From Escherichia coli (GTDB taxonomy: Bacteria > Pseudomonadota > Gammaproteobacteria > Enterobacterales > Enterobacteriaceae), in assembly GCF_045037415.1 (NCBI RefSeq), contig NZ_CP173438.1: DNA of 64,000 bases. One strand, written 5' to 3'. Both the position numbers and the translations under genes were made by a program. Below are positions 48,382-55,494 of this stretch, piece by piece. Under the pieces are notes generated by a model, which was not told the DNA's origin, searched no databases, and saw nothing but the letters and a program-made list of their open reading frames with translations. Position 1 is the stretch's first letter. Each line of letters starts with the position of its first letter.

Positions 48382-49575
48382 ATGACAACATTACTTAACC
48401 CCTATTTTGGTGAGTTTGGCGGCATGTACGTGCCACAAATCCTGATGCCCGCTCTGCGCCAGCTGGAAGAAGCTTTTGTCAGCGCGCAAAAAGATCCTGA
48501 ATTTCAGGCTCAGTTCAACGACCTGCTGAAAAACTATGCCGGGCGTCCAACCGCGCTGACCAAATGCCAGAACATTACAGCCGGGACGAACACCACGCTG
48601 TATCTGAAGCGCGAAGATTTGCTGCACGGCGGCGCGCATAAAACTAACCAGGTACTCGGTCAGGCTTTACTGGCGAAGCGGATGGGTAAAACTGAAATTA
48701 TTGCCGAAACCGGTGCCGGTCAGCATGGCGTGGCGTCGGCCCTTGCCAGCGCCCTGCTCGGCCTGAAATGCCGTATTTATATGGGTGCCAAAGACGTTGA
48801 ACGCCAGTCGCCTAACGTTTTCCGGATGCGCTTAATGGGTGCGGAAGTGATCCCGGTGCATAGCGGTTCCGCGACCCTGAAAGATGCCTGTAATGAGGCG
48901 CTACGCGACTGGTCCGGCAGTTATGAAACCGCGCACTATATGCTGGGTACCGCAGCTGGCCCGCATCCTTACCCGACCATTGTGCGTGAGTTTCAGCGGA
49001 TGATTGGCGAAGAAACGAAAGCGCAGATTCTGGAAAGAGAAGGTCGCCTGCCGGATGCCGTTATCGCCTGTGTTGGCGGTGGTTCGAATGCCATCGGTAT
49101 GTTTGCAGATTTCATCAACGAAACCGACGTCGGCCTGATTGGTGTGGAGCCTGGCGGTCACGGTATCGAAACTGGCGAGCACGGCGCACCGTTAAAACAT
49201 GGTCGCGTGGGCATCTATTTCGGTATGAAAGCGCCGATGATGCAAACCGAAGACGGGCAAATTGAAGAGTCTTACTCCATTTCTGCCGGGCTGGATTTCC
49301 CGTCCGTCGGCCCGCAACATGCGTATCTCAACAGCACTGGACGCGCTGATTACGTGTCTATTACCGACGATGAAGCCCTGGAAGCCTTTAAAACGCTTTG
49401 CCTGCATGAAGGGATCATCCCGGCGCTGGAATCCTCCCACGCCCTGGCCCATGCGCTGAAAATGATGCGCGAAAATCCGGAAAAAGAGCAGCTACTGGTG
49501 GTTAACCTTTCCGGTCGCGGCGATAAAGACATCTTCACCGTTCACGATATTTTGAAAGCACGAGGGGAAATCTGA
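48382..49575 (+). CDS. trpB: Tryptophan synthase beta chain
   Basis: 397-aa PLP enzyme (HxGxHK region). Confidence 0.95.
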
Positions 49576-50381
49576 TGGAACGCTACGAATCTCTGTTTGC
49601 CCAGTTGAAGGAGCGCAAAGAAGGCGCATTCGTTCCTTTCGTCACCCTCGGTGATCCGGGCATTGAGCAGTCGCTGAAAATTATCGATACGCTAATTGAA
49701 GCCGGTGCTGACGCGCTGGAGTTAGGCATCCCCTTCTCCGACCCACTGGCGGATGGCCCGACGATTCAAAACGCCACACTGCGTGCCTTTGCGGCGGGTG
49801 TGACCCCGGCGCAGTGCTTTGAGATGCTGGCACTGATTCGTCAAAAACATCCGACCATTCCTGTTGGCCTGCTGATGTACGCCAACCTGGTGTTTAACAA
49901 AGGCATTGATGAGTTTTACGCCCAGTGCGAGAAAGTCGGCGTCGATTCGGTGCTGGTTGCCGATGTGCCAGTTGAAGAGTCCGCGCCCTTCCGCCAGGCC
50001 GCGTTGCGTCATAATGTCGCACCTATCTTTATTTGCCCGCCGAATGCCGACGATGATTTGCTGCGCCAGATAGCCTCCTACGGTCGTGGATACACCTATT
50101 TATTGTCACGTGCGGGCGTGACCGGCGCAGAAAACCGCGCCGCGTTACCCCTCAATCATCTGGTTGCGAAGCTGAAAGAGTACAACGCTGCACCTCCATT
50201 GCAGGGATTTGGTATTTCCGCCCCTGATCAGGTAAAAGCAGCGATTGATGCAGGAGCTGCGGGCGCGATTTCTGGTTCGGCCATCGTTAAAATCATCGAG
50301 CAACATATTAATGAGCCAGAGAAAATGCTGGCGGCACTGAAAGCTTTTGTACAACCGATGAAAGCCACTACACGACGTTAA
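49575..50381 (+). CDS. trpA: Tryptophan synthase alpha chain
   Basis: 268 aa; start overlaps the trpB stop. Confidence 0.95.
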   Translation: MERYESLFAQLKERKEGAFVPFVTLGDPGIEQSLKIIDTLIEAGADALELGIPFSDPLADGPTIQNATLRAFAAGVTPAQCFEMLALIRQKHPTIPVGLLMYANLVFNKGIDEFYAQCEKVGVDSVLVADVPVEESAPFRQAALRHNVAPIFICPPNADDDLLRQIASYGRGYTYLLSRAGVTGAENRAALPLNHLVAKLKEYNAAPPLQGFGISAPDQVKAAIDAGAAGAISGSAIVKIIEQHINEPEKMLAALKAFVQPMKATTRR

Positions 50382-50390
50382 TTTGAGACA

Positions 50391-50416
50391 AACCGCCAGA
50401 AAACATCTGGCGGTTT
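50391..50416 (+). terminator. trp operon terminator (trp t)
   Basis: Hairpin aaccgccaga-aaacat-ctggcggttt immediately after the trpA stop. Confidence 0.85.
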
Positions 50417-50431
50417 ATTGATGGTAAAAAA

Positions 50432-50569
50432 TTAGAAGCGGTAACCTGCAGAGAACATAAATACCCACGGGTCAAGGCGTACGTTGTCAGAATAACGCCC
50501 TGCAGGCAGCACTGCGCCGTTGGATTTATATTTCACTTCGGTATCGATATCCATGTACCAGACCGACAT
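50432..50569 (-). pseudogene. ompW: ompW 3'-terminal fragment (last 45 codons, ...VRLDPWVFMFSAGYRF), candidate prophage attachment junction
   Basis: Translation ends with the characteristic OmpW C-terminus; the frame is closed by a stop immediately upstream of codon MSVW; the 5' part of the gene is absent from the window. Confidence 0.75.
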
Positions 50570-50756
50570 GTTTTAAAAAATGCAATAAGACATTGTATCT
50601 GAAAGAAAAAACAGGATTTGAGGCGCTTTTTTATACCGTTTTTCCGTGTTTTTAACTGCCTGATTTTATTGAAATCTTTTTTAGTTTTGCAGAAAGGATT
50701 TTTTGCTCGATCGCTTTAATTTTATACATTCCTGATAACGGAAATTTTTTTGCCCG

Positions 50757-50786
50757 TTGACAGTTTTTGTTCTCCGGGGCTATATT
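50757..50786 (+). promoter_or_regulatory. Candidate sigma70 promoter (TTGACA, 18-bp spacer, TATATT) upstream of the Rha gene
   Basis: Consensus-like hexamers read in the sequence; function inferred. Confidence 0.3.
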
Positions 50787-51013
50787 CCTCACACAACCGC
50801 AAAATCGGTTGTCGGGATTGGCGTCTCGGATAACATCACAACGCATAGCCGCGTTTGCGGTTTTTTTTGCGTTAAGCATTGCCACATTCGCATTATGGTG
50901 GGGCGTGCAGGGGCGGAGAAATCCGCGCCGGGTTTTGTGATGACCGGTTACGCCAACCCTGTACGTCTCACCACCTCCCTGATTGGCGTCAGAGGTGGTG
51001 ATCATCCAATTAA

Positions 51014-51586
51014 TTGGAGTCATCACATATGAATACAGCTATAACTTTTTCTAACGAGTCACCAAAAGTCTTTTTCAAAGATGGTCGCCTGGTTACCACC
51101 TCTCAAGCTGTTGCCGACTACTTCGATAAACAACATAAACACGTTTTAGCTAAGATTGACACACTCGACTGCTCTCCCGAATTTACATCAGCCAACTTTT
51201 CGGCCGATGTTCAGACTGTCGAAATTGGCAACGGCGCAGAACGTGAATCACGATGCTACCTGATCACAAAAGACGGCTTCATGTTCCTCGTAATGGGATT
51301 TACTGGCAAAAAAGCAGCCAGACTAAAAGAAGCTTACATTGAAAAATTTAACGCAATGGAAGAAGAACTCCACAAACGTCCTCCTGCAGCACAAAACTCC
51401 CCCGCCCCAAATAATGGATGCGCATTACTGATCCACTTCGATAAACACGGTCAGGTCGAGTTCACAGAAAAAGTCCCCGCCGATGCGATGGTATGCACGC
51501 TGGAACGGTTTAAATTTTATCTGGAGCAACATGGGTGGATCGTTGCCCGTAAAGAACAATTGGTGGAAAGGTTGATGCGGTTTTAA
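51014..51586 (+). CDS. Phage regulatory protein, Rha family (190 aa)
   Basis: N-terminal Rha-type motif (VTTSQAVADYFDKQHKHVLAKIDTL; LVMGFTGKKAARLKEAYIEKFNAME). Confidence 0.7.
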   Translation: MESSHMNTAITFSNESPKVFFKDGRLVTTSQAVADYFDKQHKHVLAKIDTLDCSPEFTSANFSADVQTVEIGNGAERESRCYLITKDGFMFLVMGFTGKKAARLKEAYIEKFNAMEEELHKRPPAAQNSPAPNNGCALLIHFDKHGQVEFTEKVPADAMVCTLERFKFYLEQHGWIVARKEQLVERLMRF

Positions 51587-51593
51587 TGAATGC

Positions 51594-51626
51594 AAAACCC
51601 CGGATGATCACCGGGGTTAATTTTAT
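51594..51626 (+). terminator. Rho-independent terminator downstream of the Rha gene
   Basis: Hairpin aaaaccccgg-atgatca-ccggggtt followed by AATTTTA. Confidence 0.6.
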
Positions 51627-51947
51627 CGAGCGTGATTGCCGCTAATCGCCATCGCTCTGATTGAGCGTAAATCATTCAGGTTATTCAGTTCTTCCTTCTG
51701 CTCTCGCTGACGTCAATAAATCCCATCATTGCGATCAACCTCATCCTTAACCATTGATGCGAGCAGTTCTTCCAGTTTCTGCGCTGACAGCTTTACCTGG
51801 TGATCTTCAGCATCTTCCCGGGCTATTGTGGTTCGCGCAGTGGCTGATTTTGCTGACATCACCACAGGGGGCAGACGGACCATTGAACCATGGCCTCCGG
51901 AACAAATAAGGGCAAAAATAACAACCACTATCGAAAGCTCACAAACT

Positions 51948-52085
51948 AACCGCAGCACGTTCCTGCATACGACGTGTCTGCGGCATAATCCCAATGATTA
52001 CTCCCTGACAGGATTTGCAGGCCACTCAATATCAGGTGCAGTTGATGTATCAACACGATTCAACAATACCCGATATTTATTCCAT
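51948..52085. repeat. Direct repeat copy 1 (about 140 bp): tfa 3' end plus its terminator hairpin
   Basis: Roughly 85-90 percent identical by eye to 52998-53135 (aaccgcagcacgt...ggcataatcccaatgattactccctgacag...ggccactcaatatcaggtgcagttgatgtatcaacacg). Confidence 0.8.
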
Positions 52086-52267
52086 GCCTCCAGCAACGAT
52101 CTTTCTTCCTCCGTTGCGATTTCCAGATCTACAGCATCCTGCAGTGGCGCAATATACTCACTGAATTCCTGGATGTAGAACTGTGTGGTGACGGTCTTCC
52201 AGCCATTCGGCTCCTGCTGTATCGAAGCATACCAGGCTATTTCAATATCGCTATGCTGCGGCAGCAT
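51998..52267 (-). pseudogene. Tail fibre assembly protein (Tfa) C-terminal fragment, 89 codons
   Basis: C-terminus ...[36 protein letters not shown] resembles the intact Tfa at 54952-55479; the N-terminal half is missing. Confidence 0.65.
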
Positions 52268-52323
52268 TTAACCCCTTGTAATTCATCGCCATAATTGATT
52301 TAATTCACAAATAAAACTATAAC

Positions 52324-52992
52324 ATGGTGAAATCAATGAAAAAAAACACAGATGATGGGGCTAAAATTTACACACCACTTACCCTAAAGCTTTATGACTG
52401 GTGGGTTTTGGGAGTATCAAATCGGCTTGCATGGGGATGTCCTACAAAGGAACACCTTCTTCCACACTTTCTGGAACATGTAGGTAACAACCATCTGGAT
52501 ATTGGTGTTGGAACTGGGTTTTACCTTACTCACGTACCTGAGAGTAGTCTGATATCTTTAATGGATTTGAACGAAGCTAGCCTGAACGCGGCATCTACAA
52601 GGGCTGGGGAATCAAAAATTAAACATAAAATTAGCCATGATGTTTTTGAACCTTATCCCGCGGCGTTACATGGTCAATTTGATTCCATTTCCATGTTTTA
52701 CCTTCTTCACTGCCTGCCTGGAAATATATCTACAAAAAGCTGTGTAATACGCAATGCGGCGCAGGCCTTAACTGACGATGGAACTCTATACGGAGCCACA
52801 ATTCTTGGCGATGGAGTTGTGCACAATAGCTTCGGTCAAAAACTGATGCGCATTTACAATCAGAAAGGCATCTTTTCAAACACAAAAGATTCCGAAGAAG
52901 GCTTAACACATATACTCTCAGAGCATTTCGAGAATGTTAAAACCAAGGTTCAAGGTACTGTAGTAATGTTTTCCGCTTCAGGGAAAAAATAG
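52324..52992 (+). CDS. Class I SAM-dependent methyltransferase (222 aa), prophage moron
   Basis: Motif I LDIGVGTGFY; AT-rich coding sequence; flanked by the diverged tfa 3' repeats. Confidence 0.7.
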   Translation: MVKSMKKNTDDGAKIYTPLTLKLYDWWVLGVSNRLAWGCPTKEHLLPHFLEHVGNNHLDIGVGTGFYLTHVPESSLISLMDLNEASLNAASTRAGESKIKHKISHDVFEPYPAALHGQFDSISMFYLLHCLPGNISTKSCVIRNAAQALTDDGTLYGATILGDGVVHNSFGQKLMRIYNQKGIFSNTKDSEEGLTHILSEHFENVKTKVQGTVVMFSASGKK

Positions 52993-52997
52993 CATCC

Positions 52998-53135
52998 AAC
53001 CGCAGCACGTTCTTGCTTAAGACGTGCTGCGGCATAATCCCAATGATTACTCCCTGACAGGGTTCGTAGGCCACTCAATATCAGGTGCAGTTGATGTATC
53101 AACACGGTTCAGTAACACCCGATACTTTTTCTAGG
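52998..53135. repeat. Direct repeat copy 2: tfa 3' remnant plus hairpin (ccgcagcacgt...acgtgctgcgg)
   Basis: Paralogous to 51948-52085; the hairpin lies immediately after the methyltransferase stop. Confidence 0.8.
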
Positions 53136-53139
53136 CTTC

Positions 53140-53373
53140 CACCACCAGCACGACAAGATGCCGCATACAGTGAACCAGTCAGTCCAGTTTTCAGACAACC
53201 AGTGCGTCACCTTTTTGAAGGCGCTTTAAAGCACGTTTTAATCCAGGTCGGCCTGTCCTTGTTCCGCTTAATTTATCTTCAAATATTTGTTCATATCCTG
53301 CACAAACAAGAGCGTTTCGTTGCAGATCTGTATTCTGGTCATTTGTTGATACCCTTACATAGCCAATCAGCAC
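53140..53373 (-). pseudogene. pin: DNA invertase Pin/Gin/Hin family, truncated and interrupted
   Basis: N-terminal serine recombinase signature (V)LIGYVRVSTNDQNTDLQRNAL...LKRLQKGDALVV, then in-frame stop, degenerate sequence and fusion to the tfa remnant about 75 codons in. Confidence 0.8.
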
Positions 53374-53427
53374 GCTGAATCTCCCGTCCAAAAGCACAAA
53401 TCATGCCATGCAGGCCAGAAACCGCCA

Positions 53428-53453
53428 TTATCTAAAACCTCGGTTTACGAGAA
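53428..53453. repeat. Invertase crossover site (pix/gix-like, TTATCTAAAACCTCGGTTTACGAGAA)
   Basis: 26-bp site matching the Gin/Pin crossover consensus, inverted relative to the site at 56509-56534. Confidence 0.85.
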
Positions 53454-54386
53454 CTCGGCACAAGCGGGGAGAAAATACCGTTACTCAGTACAGCGAATAC
53501 CTGGACTAATCGACAAACATTCAGCGGTGGCCTTTCTGGTGAACTATCCGGCAATGCTTCTACAGCTGCAAAATTAAAAACTGCCAGGAAAATAAGCAAT
53601 GTGGCTTTTGATGGTTCCTCCGATATCACATTAAAAGCAAGTCATGTTGGTGCGTTTGCCTTAGGGAAAACAGGAAGCACCGTTGCGAATGATAAAGCAG
53701 TTGGATGGAACTGGAGTAGCGGAGCCTATAACGCAACTATTAGTGGTGCATCAACGTTAATTATTCATTTTTATATGGGAGAAGGAAGTTGTCCTGCAGC
53801 TCAGTTTCGGATTAATTATAAAAATGGCGGTATTTTTTATCGTTCAGCCCGTGATGGTTATGGTTTTGAAGCCGACTGGTCCGAATTTTACACCACCACC
53901 AGAAAGCCTTCAGCAGGAGATGTTGGTGCACTGCCGTTATCTGGTGGTCAACTGAATGGTGCACTGGGTATCGGAACATCCAGTGCTCTTGGCGGTAATT
54001 CGATTGTATTGGGTGATAATGACACGGGCTTTAAACAAAATGGCGATGGTAATCTGGATGTTTATGCTAATAACGTCCATGTTATGCGCTTTGTCTCCGG
54101 AAGCATTCAAAGTAATAAAACCATAAATATTACAGGGCGTGTTAACCCCTCGGATTACGGTAACTTTGATTCCCGTTATGTGAAAGATGTTCGACTTGGT
54201 TCACAGCAATATTATGGAGTGAACAACTGGCAAACATGGAATTTCCAGTGCCCTTCAGGTCATGTATTGTCTGGTATTAATGTTCAGGATACAGGGTCTA
54301 ACTCTGCCGATAATATAGCGGGCGTTTATTACAGACCCGTTCAAAAGTATATAAATGGCACCTGGTATAATGTAGCGAGCGTTTAA
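53441..54386 (+). CDS. Silent alternative tail-fibre C-terminal cassette (receptor-binding domain), in frame from the crossover site
   Basis: Frame open from the crossover site ([61 protein letters not shown]...); shares ALGGNSIxLGDNDTGxKQxGDG and QKYIxGxWYNV motifs with the expressed Stf C-terminus; ORF track lists 53601..54386. Confidence 0.7.
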
Positions 54387-54387
54387 T

Positions 54388-54921
54388 ATGATGCACTTAA
54401 AGAACATAAAAGCGGGTAATGCTAAAACACTGGAACAGTATGAGTTAACAAAGAAACACGGAGTTATCTGGCTTTACTCTGAGGACGGAAAAAACTGGTA
54501 TGAGGAAGTGAAAAACTTTCAGCCAGACACCATAAAGATTGTTTACGATGAAAATAATATTATTGTTGCCATAACCAAAGATGCCTCCACACTTAACCCT
54601 GAAGGTTATAGCGTCGTTGAGATTCCTGATATTACCGCCAACCGGCGTGCTGACGACTCAGGTAAATGGATGTTTAAAGATGGCGCAGTCATTAAACGTG
54701 TATATACCGAAGAAGAGTTGCGCCTACAGACGGAAAACCAGAAAAAAATATTATTACAGCAGGCCAGAGAAAAAACGCAGTTCTGGCAAACACAGCTTAC
54801 TTTGGGGATTATCACTGATTCAGACAGACAGCAACTGATGAACTGGATGCGATACGTGCAACAGGTTGAGACAACTGATACCTCGGTTCTTCCTGTAACA
54901 TTCCCGGAACCACCAGAATAA
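54388..54921 (+). CDS. Tail fibre assembly protein Tfa (cognate to the silent cassette)
   Basis: 177 aa paralogous to the minus-strand Tfa (MxHLKNIxAGNxKT..EQYxLTKK.GVIWLY.EDGKNWY). Confidence 0.8.
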   Translation: MMHLKNIKAGNAKTLEQYELTKKHGVIWLYSEDGKNWYEEVKNFQPDTIKIVYDENNIIVAITKDASTLNPEGYSVVEIPDITANRRADDSGKWMFKDGAVIKRVYTEEELRLQTENQKKILLQQAREKTQFWQTQLTLGIITDSDRQQLMNWMRYVQQVETTDTSVLPVTFPEPPE

Positions 54922-54922
54922 G

Positions 54923-54947
54923 AAAAGGCCCGTACGGGCCTTAATTT
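54923..54947. terminator. Bidirectional terminator at the centre of the invertible segment
   Basis: Hairpin aaaaggcccgtacgggcctt between the convergent tfa genes. Confidence 0.6.
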
Positions 54948-54951
54948 GTTG

Positions 54952-55479
54952 TTATTCTGGTTTCTGTGGCCATTCAGGCTTTGCAGTATCCACACGGCTG
55001 ACCATAACGCTGTAGCGTTCCCATGATTCCAGTCGTGTGCGTTCCTCATCAGTTGCCATATTCAGTCTGACAGCACGTTCCAGCGGTTGAATCACAGACT
55101 CCGCTTCGGAAAGCAAAGCGGCTTTTTGTAACTCTGCCTGCTGTTGCAGTTCCTGTTTTGTATATTCCCGCTTTACTACTTTACCATCCAGAAACTTCCA
55201 GTTTCCCGAGATATCGGCGCGACGGTTGGCTGTTATATTCGGTAACTCAACAACACTTAACCCGTCAGGGTTAAGTGTTGATACGTCTTTCTCAATACAA
55301 CGAATAATCCCCTTCTGGTCATAAGCTATTTTTAAAGTATCATCCTGAAAGTTTTTTAATTCGTCATACCAGTTTTTACCGTCTTCTGTATATAGCCAGA
55401 TAACGCCAGCTTTTTTCGTAAGCTGATACTGCTCAATGGTTTTGGGGTTTCCGGCGGTAATATTTTTCAGATGTTGCAT
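54952..55479 (-). CDS. Tail fibre assembly protein Tfa (expressed orientation)
   Basis: 175-aa ORF directly downstream of stf. Confidence 0.85.
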   Translation of the reverse strand: MQHLKNITAGNPKTIEQYQLTKKAGVIWLYTEDGKNWYDELKNFQDDTLKIAYDQKGIIRCIEKDVSTLNPDGLSVVELPNITANRRADISGNWKFLDGKVVKREYTKQELQQQAELQKAALLSEAESVIQPLERAVRLNMATDEERTRLESWERYSVMVSRVDTAKPEWPQKPE

Positions 55480-55494
55480 ATATTCTCCTGATGG

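Noticed and set aside
51713-52178. 93-aa minus-strand and 116-aa plus-strand ORFs between the Rha terminator and the tfa fragment
   Set aside because: They overlap each other and the tfa terminator hairpin and repeat; no ribosome-binding site or recognisable motif. A short real phage peptide in the C-terminal part of the 93-aa frame cannot be excluded but is unsupported.
53085-53397. ORF-track entries 53085-53378 (+, 97 aa) and 53191-53397 (-, 68 aa) as intact genes
   Set aside because: The minus-strand frame is the N-terminal remnant of pin, followed by an in-frame stop and degenerate sequence; the plus-strand frame is its antisense. Annotated as a pseudogene instead.
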